The notes under the pieces were generated by a model that saw only the letters and a program-made list of their open reading frames with translations, was not told the DNA's origin and made no database searches. A stretch of DNA of 63,986 bases, the filler included, from Vicugna vicugna (taxonomy: Eukaryota): NCBI GenBank assembly GCA_013265495.1. It is 73 parts of 72 records of this genome, joined end to end, with 100 filler letters (N's around TTAATTAATTAA, not from the genome) between each part and the next. Parts side by side here need not be neighbours in the genome. Positions count along the whole stretch, not along the records: positions 12,242 to 13,318 come from MU059905.1; positions 13,419 to 14,323 come from PNXW01011767.1; positions 14,424 to 14,745 come from MU059912.1; positions 14,846 to 16,339 come from MU059913.1; positions 16,440 to 17,888 come from MU059919.1; positions 17,989 to 18,442 come from PNXW01011831.1; positions 18,543 to 19,278 come from PNXW01011840.1; positions 19,379 to 19,897 come from MU059927.1; 65 more parts are not named here. One strand, given 5' to 3'. The translations under genes and the position numbers were made by a program. The stretch's first letter is position 1; each line of letters opens with the position of its first letter. This document shows positions 12,242 through 24,140 of the stretch, piece after piece.

Positions 12242-13318
12242 CGACCGTTGGTGGAACCTCCCCACGCTCAGGAATCCGGTACCATTTTCATTGAGTGGGG
12301 AGCTCGAGGGACATCTCCACGCAGCTCTCTTCAGTCACAGGTGTTCCCTGCACGGGGAAGTCCGAGAAATAGCTTCCCTTACCTCTGGGGGCAGCCTCTG
12401 TCACTGGGATTTCCTGCAACCCCCCCTAGAAATCCCTGGCACAGAGACATGTGGAAAACCCTCAGGGGATACGAGCACAGGCATTCCGTTAGAACCCACG
12501 TGCTGCCGACCGTTGGTGGAACCTCCCCACGCTCAGGAATCCGGTACCATTTTCATTGAGTGGGGGAGCTCGAGAGAAAACTCCACGCAGCTCTCTTCAT
12601 TCACAGGTGTTCCCTGCTCGGGGAAGTCCGAGAAATAGCTTCCCTTACCTCTGGGGGCAGCCTCTGTCACTGGGATTTCCTGCAACCCCCCCTAGAAATC
12701 CCTGGCACAGAGACATGTGGAAAACCCTCAGGGGATACGAGCACAGGCATTCCGTTAGAACCCACGTGCTGCCGACCGTTGGTGGAACCTGCCCACACTC
12801 AGGATTCCGGAACCATTATCATTGAATCGGGGAGCTCGAAAGAAACGCCACGCAGCTCTCTTCAGTCACAGGTGTTTCCTGCTCGGGGAAGTCCGAGAAA
12901 TACCTTCCCTGAACTTTGGGGGCATACTCGGTCACTGGGATTCCCTGAAACAACCACTAGCATTCCCTGGCACAGAGAAATGAGGAAAACCCTCAGGGGA
13001 CACGAGCACAGGCATTCCCATAGAACCCACGCGCTGCCGACCGTTGGTGGAACCTCCCCACGCTCAGGATTCCGGAACCATTGTCATTGAGTTGGGGAGC
13101 TCCAGAGAAAACTCCACGCAGCTCTCTTAAGTCACAGGTGTTCCCTGCTCGGGGAAGTCCGAGANNNNNNNNNNNNNNNNNNNNNNNNNNNNNNNNNNNN
13201 NNNNNNNNNNNNNNNNNNNNNNNNNNNNNNNNNNNNNNNNNNNNNNNCAGGGGAGAGGAGCACAGGCATTCTCTTCGAACCCACGCGCTGCCGACCGTTG
13301 GTGGAACCTCCAAACGCT
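12242..13318. repeat. SatA subfamily variant, ~4 monomers of 265-266 bp
   Basis: CGACCGTTGG at 12242, 12507, 12773, 13038; diagnostic GAGCACAGGCATT. Confidence 0.96.
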
Positions 13319-13649
13319 NNNNNNNNNNNNNNNNNNNNNNNNNNNNNNNNNNNNNNNNNNNNTTAATTAATTAANNNNNNNNNNNNNNNNNNNNNNNNNN
13401 NNNNNNNNNNNNNNNNNNGACCCAGAATTTGCTTTAGGATAAATAACCTCCCTTTTGTTTTTAATCCTGTGACTTAAGCTCGATTGACCCACTCTTTCTG
13501 AAGCACCAGAGGTAGGTCTGTTAGTTTAAGACAAATAATACCCGTCATTGTATTGGCCTCACACGTGATTGGAGAATTGGCAAATAACCCAGGAAGAGCC
13601 ACTATTATGTGAGGAGATACTTGCTGGTGCCCATGTGAATGGTAAGTTT

Positions 13650-13950
13650 CCTCAATCAAGAGAGGAAACTGCCAAAAGAGACCTCTCTTGGTTTGGATGG
13701 ATGATCTGGGATGCTGAGTGCCTAGAAGCAGTATGCTGAGACATATTTGGACACAGAATGAAGACAGGGAAATACCAGCCCTTGACATCATCTAGGCTAA
13801 AGTATCTCTCCTTGACTGAAGCCAGACCTCAGACCTGAGGTTTTCATTTACAGAAACCAATAAATCCCATGCTTCCCCATTTCTTGGTTGTTGTTTAAAC
13901 ACATTGGAAGTTGATTTTGTCACCTACAGTCAAAAGACTCCAACTCTGAA
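13650..13950 (+). mobile_element. Ancient ERVL/MaLR-type LTR 3' part (MLT1/LTR16-like)
   Basis: CTGAAGCCAGACC...CCAATAAATCCC...TTTTGTCACCTACAGTCAAAAGACTCCAACT resembles old ERVL-class LTR ends. Confidence 0.5.
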
Positions 13951-14845
13951 AATGAATAAAAAATAAAATAAGAAAAATTCTTCTACCTATAGACATAATT
14001 CCTTCAGAAGGGTATATTGTTTGTATATTGGAAATCATTTTATATATCAATTTTATTCTCAAGCCTATTTTAAGCATAACACTTTGACATGTCATAAAAT
14101 ATTTTCATGGACACACCTTTTCACAGCTGCATACTATTCTACTTTGTGAAGGGTTGGAAATATATTTTGGCTGAGATTTTATATATATCTATGTATATAT
14201 ATATACATCTAAAAGCATGTCTGTGACTTGCATCCATACTGAATTTTCCCTGCCATTTTGAAATAATTCCTGAATTGTGAAGGGTTGGAAATATATTTTG
14301 GCTGAGATTTTATATATATCTATNNNNNNNNNNNNNNNNNNNNNNNNNNNNNNNNNNNNNNNNNNNNTTAATTAATTAANNNNNNNNNNNNNNNNNNNNN
14401 NNNNNNNNNNNNNNNNNNNNNNNAAGATTTTTAAAAGAAGGGAGAAAGAGGGTTTGAAAACAATGTATGATGAATAATATAAGAGCGGGTTGAAGCAGAG
14501 TATTAATTGGGTGGAGACGTCCTTTTAAAACCTTTAAAAAAAAAAGGGGGGTGGGAAGATGAATATATGTGTTTGAAGCCTGTGTCAAATAAATAACAGG
14601 ACATCAAAACCCAAGAGAAATAGAAATGAATTAAGAAGTAAAAATTAAGAGAGTAATTGAAAATAGAACAGGCAAAAACAGATTAAAAAAAAAGGGGGGG
14701 GTTGTCGGTGTTCTCCTGGAGTCTGTGTGCTTTTAATGTGAAGTCNNNNNNNNNNNNNNNNNNNNNNNNNNNNNNNNNNNNNNNNNNNNTTAATTAATTA
14801 ANNNNNNNNNNNNNNNNNNNNNNNNNNNNNNNNNNNNNNNNNNNN

Positions 14846-16339
14846 TGTTCTGCATTCCATTTTCTCAATTCTGGGTTGTATTCTGTATTCAAAATTCTAT
14901 ATTCTGTATCTGTATTCTATATTCTGTGTTCTACATTCTATATTCTGTATTCTATATTCTGCATTTTGTTCTGCATTCCATTTTCTCAATTCTGGGTTGT
15001 ATTCTGTATTCAAAATTCTATATTCTGTATCTGTATTCTATATTCTGTGTTCTACATTCTATATTCTGTATTCTATATTCTGCATTTTGTTCTGCATTCC
15101 ATTTTCTCAATTCTGGGTTGTATTCTGTATTCAAAATTCTATATTCTGTATCTGTATTCTATATTCTGTGTTCTACATTCTATATTCTGTATTCTATATT
15201 CTGCATTTTGTTCTGCATTCCATTTTCTCAATTCTGGGTTGTATTCTGTATTCAAAATTCTATATTCTGTATCTGTATTCTATATTCTGTGTTCTACATT
15301 CTATATTCTGTATTCTATATTCTGCATTTTGTTCTGCATTCCATTTTCTCAATTCTGGGTTGTATTCTGTATTCAAAATTCTATATTCTGTATCTGTATT
15401 CTATATTCTGTGTTCTACATTCTATATTCTGTATTCTGTATTCTATATTCTAAATTCTGTTCTGCATTCCATGTTTTAAATTCAGGTTTCTGCATTCTGT
15501 ATTCTACATTCTATATTCTGTATTCTGTATTCTATATGCTATATTGTGTGTTATATATTCTATAATCAACATTCTTTATTCTGTATTCTGTATTCTATAT
15601 TCTAAATTCTGTGTTCTGCATTCCATNNNNNNNNNNNNNNNNNNNNNNNNNNNNNNNNNNNNNNNNNNNNNNNNNNNNNNNNNNNNNNNNNNNNNNNNNN
15701 NNNNNNNNNNNNNNNNNNNNNNNNNNNNNNNNNNNNNNNNNNNNNNNNNNNNNNNNNNNNNNNNNNNNNNNNNNNNNNNNNNNNNNNNNNNNNNNNNNNN
15801 NNNNNNNNNNNNNNNNNNNNNNNNNNNNNNNNNNNNNNNNNNNNNNNNNNNNNNNNNNNNNNNNNNNNNNNNNNNNNNNNNNNNNNNNNNNNNNNNNNNN
15901 NNNNNNNNNNNNNNNNNNNNNNNNNNNNNNNNNNNNNNNNNNNNNNNNNNNNNNNNNNNNNNNNNNNNNNNNNNNNNNNNNNNNNNNNNNNNNNNNNNNN
16001 NNNNNNNNNNNNNNNNNNNNNNNNNNNNNNNNNNNNNNNNNNNNNNNNNNNNNNNNNNNNNNNNNNNNNNNNNNNNNNNNNNNNNNNNNNNNNNNNNNNN
16101 NNNNNNNNNNNNNNNNNNNNNNNNNNNNNNNNNNNNNNNNNNNNNNNNNNNNNNNNNGTATTCTGTATATTCTATATTCTGTGTTTTACAATCTATATTT
16201 TATATTCTATTTCTGTATTCAGTATTCCATATTCTATGTTCTACATTCTACATTCTACATTGTATATACGGTATTCTGTACTTTTTATCTAACGCCTCTG
16301 TTCTGAATTCCATGTTCTAAATTCTGGGTTCTGTATTCT
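14846..16339. repeat. SatC satellite with ~5 near-perfect copies of a 121-bp unit (14846-~15437)
   Basis: CCATTTTCTCAATTCTGGG at 14857, 14978, 15099, 15220, 15341. Confidence 0.96.
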
Positions 16340-16439
16340 NNNNNNNNNNNNNNNNNNNNNNNNNNNNNNNNNNNNNNNNNNNNTTAATTAATTAANNNNN
16401 NNNNNNNNNNNNNNNNNNNNNNNNNNNNNNNNNNNNNNN

Positions 16440-17888
16440 GTTCGGGGAAGTCCGAGAAGTAACTTCCCTGACATTGGGGAGGCAACCTCTGTCACTGGGA
16501 CACCTTGCAATCACCCCTAGCATTCCCTGGCACAGAAACATTAGGAAAACCCTCAGGGGAGACGAGCTTAGGCTTTCCGTTAGAACCCACGCGCTGCCGA
16601 CCGTTGGTGGAACCNNNNNNNNNNNNNNNNNNNNNNNNNNNNNNNNNNNNNNNNNNNNNNNNNNNNNNNNNNNNNNNNNNNNNNNNNNNNNNNNNNNNNN
16701 NNNNNNNNNNNNNNNNNNNNNNNNNNNNNNNNNNNNNNNNNNNNNNNNNNNNNNNNNNNNNNNNNNNNNNNNNNNNNNNNNNNNNNNNNNNNNNNNNNNN
16801 NNNNNNNNNNNNNNNNNNNNNNNNNNNNNNNNNNNNNNNNNNNNNNNNNNNNNNNNNNNNNNNNNNNNNNNNNNNNNNNNNNNNNNNNNNNNNNNNNNNN
16901 NNNNNNNNNNNNNNNNNNNNNNNNNNNNNNNNNNNNNNNNNNNNNNNNNNNNNNNNNNNNNNNNNNNNNNNNNNNNNNNNNNNNNNNNNNNNNNNNNNNN
17001 NNNNNNNNNNNNNNNNNNNNNNNNNNNNNNNNNNNNNNNNNNNNNNNNNNNNNNNNNNNNNNNNNNNNNNNNNNNNNNNNNNNNNNNNNNNNNNNNNNNN
17101 NNNNNNNNNNNNNNNNNNNNNNNNNNNNNNNATTGGTGGAACCTCCCCACGCTCAGGATTCCTGAATCATTGTCAGGGCGTGGGGTATCTCGAGGTACAA
17201 CTCCACGCAGCTCTCTTCAGTCACAGGTGTTCCCTGCTCGGGGAAGTCCGAGAAGTACCTTCCCTGACCTTGGGGAGGCAGCCTCTGTCACTGGGATACC
17301 CTGCAAACCCCCCTAGCATACCCTGGCACAGAGACATTAGGAAAACCCTCAGGGGAGACGAGCTTAGGCTTTCCGTTAGAACCCACGCGCTGCCGACAAT
17401 TGGTGGAACCTCCCCACGCTCAGGATTCCTGAACCATTGTCAGGGCGTGGGGTAGCTCGAGAGACAACTCCACGCTGCTCTCTTCAGTCACAGGTGTTCC
17501 CTGTTCGGGGAGGTCTGAGAAGTATCTTCCCTGACCTTGAGGAGGAACCCTCTGTCCCTGAGATACCCTGCAAACCCCCCTAGAATTCCCTGGCACAGAG
17601 ACATTAGGAAAACCCTCAGGGGAGACGAGCTTAGGCTTTCCGTTAGAACCCACGCGATGCCGACCATTGGTGGAACCTCCCCACGCTCAGGATTCTGGAA
17701 CCATTGTCAGGGCGTGGGGGAGCTCGAGAGACAACTCCACGCAGCTCTCTTCAGTCACAGGTGTTCCCTGCTCGGGGAAGTCCGAGAAGTACTTTCCCTG
17801 ATCTTGGGGATGCTGCCTCTGTCCCTGGGATACCCTGCAAACTCCTCTAGCATTCCCTGGTACAGAGATATTAGGAAAACCCTCAGGG
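16440..17888. repeat. SatA satellite, 267-bp period
   Basis: TTGGTGGAACC at 17133, 17400, 17667. Confidence 0.97.
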
Positions 17889-17988
17889 NNNNNNNNNNNN
17901 NNNNNNNNNNNNNNNNNNNNNNNNNNNNNNNNTTAATTAATTAANNNNNNNNNNNNNNNNNNNNNNNNNNNNNNNNNNNNNNNNNNNN

Positions 17989-18442
17989 GCTAGGAAGCAT
18001 ACTGTAAAACCAGAGTAAGAGTTTCTACTGCAACCCACTAACCTTATACTAGATGAACGAACTTCTCTCCACATGCTCAGATCTGAGAAATAAGTGTGTG
18101 TGAAAGCCGTCATTCACGTAGCTTGTTGGGAACACTATGTTTCTTTTCAGTTGGAAACAACACTATTTAGATATATTTGGATAGTTCCAACTCGGTTTTA
18201 CAGTGAAAACTGCATGAACTTCAAACCGGCAGTTGAAAACATACTGAGAAACCCGAGTACATGTTTCTACAACCCATTCCCTTAATGCTAGATGATCGAT
18301 CGTCTCTTCACATTCTCAATTCTGACATTTAAATGAGTATGAAATGTGTCAATCACATAGCTTTTTGGGATCACACAGTTTCTTTTCTGTGCGAAACTGT
18401 GAAATTAATATATTTTGGGAGGTTCAAGCTCCAACTCGGTTT
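17989..18442. repeat. Diverged SatB, reverse orientation
   Basis: CTCTCCACATGCTCAG..CTGAGA..TAAGTGTGTGTGAAAGCCGTC and CCAACTCGGTTTTACAGTG. Confidence 0.88.
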
Positions 18443-18542
18443 NNNNNNNNNNNNNNNNNNNNNNNNNNNNNNNNNNNNNNNNNNNNTTAATTAATTAANN
18501 NNNNNNNNNNNNNNNNNNNNNNNNNNNNNNNNNNNNNNNNNN

Positions 18543-19278
18543 GGAAACACCTGTGAACCAAAAAAGATGCGTGGACTCTGTTTCCCCTCCTCCAGCAATC
18601 ACATAAAGTCGTGTTCAGGTATCCTGAGTGAGGGGAGGCTCCTCCAACTGACAGCAGCCCCTGGGTTCTTATAGAATTCCTTAGTTTGCATTCCCGGAGT
18701 GTTACCATAGGCCGGGATGCGTTGGAAAGCTTGGGGTTGCGCTTAGGGAGTCATGTATATGCGAGTGCCCCCCGATGAACTGAGGAAGTATTTAGAGGAA
18801 TTCTCCCTAACGGGGAACACCTGTTCCCCCATTCAAATGTATATGCGAGTGCCCCCCGATGAACTGAGGAAGTATTTAGAGGAATTCTCCCTAACGGGGG
18901 ACACCTGTTCCCCCATTCATCTGCGTGGATTGGGGCTCCACATCTCCCCCACACAGAATTCTTGTTTCCCTAATCCTGAGTGTAAGGAAGATCCTCCAAA
19001 TGACAGCAGCGCATGGCCTGTAATAGAATTCCTTATCTTCCCTGATGTTTTAGCTAGGCCAGAGTGCGAAGGAAAGTGGGTTTGGTCTCTAAAACCAAAT
19101 ATTAACGAGTTCCACTCCATGGGAATAGGAGGTGTTTTCCTGCAACCAACAACCTGATAATATCTGTGCGCCCTGAATGCAGCTTAGGCTCTATATCCAC
19201 TCCTCCAGCACACACACGAAGAACTTTTCTTGCTTCTGAGTGTGGGTGGCTCCTCCAACTGACAGCAGCAACTGGGAT
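18543..19278. repeat. SatD satellite with an 84-bp tandem duplication
   Basis: Matches 34640-35159; ATGTATATGCGAGTGCC at 18753 and 18837. Confidence 0.92.
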
Positions 19279-19378
19279 NNNNNNNNNNNNNNNNNNNNNN
19301 NNNNNNNNNNNNNNNNNNNNNNTTAATTAATTAANNNNNNNNNNNNNNNNNNNNNNNNNNNNNNNNNNNNNNNNNNNN

Positions 19379-19897
19379 CAGGTGTTCCCTGTTCAGGGAA
19401 TTCCGAGAAATACCTTCCCTGACTTTTGGTAGGCAGCCTCTGCCACTGGGAAATCCTGCAAACCCCCCTAGCATTCCCTGGCACAGAGACATTAGGAAAA
19501 CCCTCAGGGGAGACGAGCTTAGGCTTTCCGTTAGAACCCACGCGCTGCCGACCGTTGGTGGAACCTCCCCACGCTCNNNNNNNNNNNNNNNNNNNNNNNN
19601 NNNNNNNNNNNNNNNNNNNNNNNNNNNNNNNNNNNNNNNNNNNNNNNNNNNNNNNNNNNNNNNNNNNNNNNNNNNNNNNNNNNNNNNNNNNNNNNNNNNN
19701 NNNNNNNNNNNNNNNNNNNNNNNNNNNNNNNNNNNNNNNNNNNNNNNNNNNNNNNNNNNNNNNNNNNNGAAAACCCTCGAAACGAGCTAAGGCATTCCGT
19801 TAGAACCCATGCGCTGACGACCGTTGGTGGAACCTCCCCACGCTCAGGGTTCCCGGAACCATTGTCAGTGCGTGAGGGAGCTCGAGAGACAACTCGA
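19379..19897. repeat. SatA satellite
   Basis: SatA landmarks. Confidence 0.95.
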
Positions 19898-19997
19898 NNN
19901 NNNNNNNNNNNNNNNNNNNNNNNNNNNNNNNNNNNNNNNNNTTAATTAATTAANNNNNNNNNNNNNNNNNNNNNNNNNNNNNNNNNNNNNNNNNNNN

Positions 19998-21397
19998 AGA
20001 GACGTTCTTTCATCCAGCACAAAGGGAACGTGTGGCAGGAGAAACCCTTACCCTGGTTTCTCAAACTGTTTCCTAGTGCCGGTTTGAAGTTCCTGCGGTT
20101 TGTACTGTAATACCTAGTTGGAGCTTGTACCTGCCCATATATATGTATGGTGTGGAGTTTGCAACTGAAAAGACACTTTGTGTTCCCTTCAAGCTANNNN
20201 NNNNNNNNNNNNNNNNNNNNNNNNNNNNNNNNNNNNNNNNNNNNNNNNNNNNNNNNNNNNNNNNNNNNNNNNNNNNNNNNNNNNNNNNNNNNNNNNNNNN
20301 NNNNNNNNNNNNNNNNNNNNNNNNNNNNNNNNNNNNNNNNNNNNNNNNNNNNNNNNNNNNNNNNNNNNNNNNNNNNNNNNNNNNNNNNNNNNNNNNNNNN
20401 NNNNNNNNNNNNNNNNNNNNNNNNNNNNNNNNNNNNNNNNNNNNNNNNNNNNNNNNNNNNNNNNNNNNNNNNNNNNNNNNNNNNNNNNNNNNNNNNNNNN
20501 NNNNNNNNNNNNNNNNNNNNNNNNNNNNNNNNNNNNNNNNNNNNNNNNNNNNNNNNNNNNNNNNNTGGTTTCTCAGTCTGTTTCCTAGTGCCGGTATGAA
20601 TTTCCTGCTGTTTGCACTGTAAAACCATGTTGGAGCTTGTCTCTCCCATATAAATGTATGGAGTGGAGTTTGAAAATGAAAGAAACTTTGTGTTCCCAAC
20701 AAGCTAGGTGAAGGACGTTTTTCGTACACACTTATCTCTGAGAACTGAGCATGTGGAGAGACGTTCGTTCATCCAGCACAAAAGGAAAGGGTTGCAGGGG
20801 AAACACATACTCTGGTTTCTCAGTCTGTTTCCTAGAGCCGGTTTGAAGTTCCTGTGGTTTGCACTGTAAAACCGAGTTGGAGCTTGACCCTTCCCATATA
20901 CATGTATGGAGTGGAGTTTGCAACTGAAAAGAAACTTGGTGTTCCCTTCAAGCTAGGTGAAGGACGGCTTTCACACACACTTATCTCTCAGAACTGAGCA
21001 TGTGGAGAGACGTTCTTTCATCCAGCACAANNNNNNNNNNNNNNNNNNNNNNNNNNNNNNNNNNNNNNNNNNNNNNNNNNNNNNNNNNNNNNNNNNNNNN
21101 NNNNNNNNNNNNNNNNNNNNNNNNNNNNNNNNNNNNNNNNNNNNNNNNNNNNNNNNNNNNNNNNNNNNNNNNNNNNNNNNNNNNNNNNNNNNNNNNNNNN
21201 NNNNNNNNNNNNNNNNNNNNNNNNNNNNNNNNNNNNNNNNNNNNNNNNNNNNNNNNNNNNNNNNNNNNNNNNNNNNNNNNNNNNNNNNNNNNNNNNNNNN
21301 NNNNNNNATACTCTAGTTTCCCAGTCTGTTTCCTAGTGCCGGTTTGAAGTTACTGTGTTTTGCACTGTAAAACCGTGTTGGAGCTTGTCCCTCCCAT
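19998..21397. repeat. SatB satellite, gapped
   Basis: TTTCCTAGTGCCGGTTTGAAGTT and CTCAGAACTGAGCATGTGGAGAGACG repeats. Confidence 0.95.
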
Positions 21398-21497
21398 NNN
21401 NNNNNNNNNNNNNNNNNNNNNNNNNNNNNNNNNNNNNNNNNTTAATTAATTAANNNNNNNNNNNNNNNNNNNNNNNNNNNNNNNNNNNNNNNNNNNN

Positions 21498-21955
21498 TTC
21501 CTAGTGCCAGGTTGCAGTTCATGCAGTTTTCACTGTAAAACCAATTTGTATTTAGTACCACTGCATATATATTTATAATGTGTATTTCTCCACCTAAAAG
21601 AAACTATTTTTTCCCGACAAGCCTGGTGATTGACGGCTATCACACATATTCAATTTTCCGAACTATGAATATTCAGAAGTGTTCCTTCATCTGGCATACA
21701 GTTTATGGTTAACAGTGGAAAGACTTACTGTGATTTCTCAGTATGTTTCCTTGTGCACGTATGAAATCATGCAGTTTTCTCTGTAAAACCGTTTGGGACT
21801 AGTATCTCCACATATATATGTATGTATTGTATTTCTCCACTGAAAAGAGACTGTGTGTTCCCAAAAAGCTTGGTGATTGACGGCTTTCACACACTCTTAT
21901 CTCTCAGAATTGTGCATGTGAAGAGGCGTTCATTCGTCTAGCTTCAAGAGAATGT
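21498..21955. repeat. Diverged SatB running into non-satellite DNA
   Basis: About two decayed SatB monomers; similarity ends near 21955. Confidence 0.85.
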
Positions 21956-22531
21956 AAAAGCGTTGATCATGGCCTATACTGGTAGGAAAAGAGTAAAGGG
22001 AAGATTTATTTAGGGACTTTATAGTTATGGTCAACAGAAATCACAGAATTTCATTTTCAGCAGTAGATTTCTTTTTTTTCTTTTTTGAAGTTCAGAAATC
22101 TTAATCTTTTCCTGTATCTGGATATATATATATTGAATGTATTAAAGTGTTTGAGCAACTGCTTTAAATTAGAATAATTACTTTGCTTTTGGTCTTTAAC
22201 CTAAGGGAATATCCAGAATTCCAGTGGCAGTTCAAAAACAAGGGCCTGTACCTTGCCTATTACATTTTTTAAGTACAGTATGAATAATTGTAAACTAGGG
22301 TACTCTGGATAACTGAAAAGCTGCTTGGATATGTTATATGTAAGTTATATTTTTCAAAAATTATAAATATCATAAAAATCAATCATCCTTGGAGATCTTT
22401 TAGATATAATTTAATCTTTAATAATGTAGATNNNNNNNNNNNNNNNNNNNNNNNNNNNNNNNNNNNNNNNNNNNNTTAATTAATTAANNNNNNNNNNNNN
22501 NNNNNNNNNNNNNNNNNNNNNNNNNNNNNNN

Positions 22532-23438
22532 TCCTGATTGTGGGGAGGCTCCTCCAAATGACAGTAGCGCCTGGGTACTAATAGAAGCCCTTAGCATGTC
22601 TTCCCTGATAGCATGCCTAGGCTGGAGAGTGGGGGAAAGTGGGGGTTGGGCTCTAAACCAAGTATTAGCGAGAGCCTATCCATGGGATGTGGGTTTTTAA
22701 CTTACAGCCCACAAACATGGAATAAATGTGCCCCCTCAAAGATGCTTTGACTCTTTCCCTACATCCAGCACACACGCGAAAAGTGTTCTGGTATTCTGAG
22801 TGTGGGGAGGTTCCTCAAACTGACAGCAGCACATGGGATCTATTAGTATCCCTTAGCATCTGTTCCCTGAGTGTTCCTTTAGGCCAGGCCATGAGGGAAA
22901 GCTGGGGGTTGGGCTTGGAGGCCACGTAGCATTGAGTGCCCCCTGATCCATTGAGGAAGTACTCAGAGGACTTCTCCCTAAACGGAACACCTTTTCCTCC
23001 ATTCATCTGGGTGCAGTGGGGCTGCACATCTCTCCCACACCTAAGAATGTGTTCTGGAATTCTGAGTGCAGGGAAGTTCCTCCAACTGACAGCAGCGCCT
23101 GAGTTCTAATTGAATCCCTTTGCTTGTCTTCCCTGATGGAAAGCCTAGGCGGGAGTGCGGGGGAAAGTGTGGTATGGGCTCTGAAACCAAGTATTTGCGA
23201 TGACCTCTCTATGGTTTGTGGAGGTGTTTAAACTACATCCATAACCTTGGAAACCTGTACCCCATAAAAATACGTGGAGTCTGTTTCCACACCTCCAGCA
23301 CACACACGAACACTTGCACAGTTATCCTGAGAGTGGGCAGCCTCCTCCAACTGAGAGCAGGGAGCTTATAGAATCTCTTAACTAGTCTACACGGTTTTGT
23401 TGCCTGATACGGAGTGCTGGGGAAATGGTGGGTTGGGC
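22532..23438. repeat. SatD satellite, consecutive dissimilar monomers
   Basis: CCTC(C/A)AA.TGA landmark at 22551, 22813, 23079, 23344 (periods 262, 266, 265). Confidence 0.93.
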
Positions 23439-23538
23439 NNNNNNNNNNNNNNNNNNNNNNNNNNNNNNNNNNNNNNNNNNNNTTAATTAATTAANNNNNN
23501 NNNNNNNNNNNNNNNNNNNNNNNNNNNNNNNNNNNNNN

Positions 23539-24040
23539 CTTCAGGGGGCACTCGCTGCTACTTGGCCTCAAGCTCAACCCCTAACTTTCCTTTGCCACCC
23601 AGACTAGGGAAACAGAAAGTCAATACAAGTTAAAGCATTTAATTAGAACCCAGGCACTGCTGTCAGTTGGAGGAGCCTCCCCACACTCAGGATAACTTAA
23701 CACTTCTTCGTGACTGTGCTGGATGTGGGGAAACAGAGTCTACACATTTTTCAGTGGGCACAGGTATTACCCGGTTTGCGGTTGTAGGTTAAACACTTCC
23801 ACATCCCATTGAGAGGCACTCGCTAATATTGAGGGTTTTATATCCACCCTCAAAATCCCCCGGACCCCGGCCAAGGCAAGCCATCAGGGAAAACCAGCTA
23901 AGGATTTCCCTTTGAAGCCAGGCACTGCTGTCAGTTGGAGGAGACTCCCCACAATAATGATAGCAGAACACCTCTCCGTGTGTGTGCTGAAGTTTGGGAA
24001 ATATTGTCCTCGCATCATACATGGGGCAAAGATATTCCCA
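23539..24040. repeat. SatD satellite, reverse orientation
   Basis: GCTGTCAGTTGGAGGAG twice; the reverse complement matches 34270-34617. Confidence 0.92.
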
Positions 24041-24140
24041 NNNNNNNNNNNNNNNNNNNNNNNNNNNNNNNNNNNNNNNNNNNNTTAATTAATTAANNNN
24101 NNNNNNNNNNNNNNNNNNNNNNNNNNNNNNNNNNNNNNNN

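Noticed and set aside
14144..14323. ~49-bp direct repeat at 14144 and 14275
   Set aside because: The second copy ends exactly at the scaffold end in an (AT)n tract, so it is likely an assembly echo.
14876..15565. Hydrophobic Y/I/L/F/C/S-rich ORFs in SatC (also 6690-7202 and 46638-47468)
   Set aside because: The pyrimidine-rich strand of the heptamer repeat has few stops, and several frames are open with the same repeating peptide.
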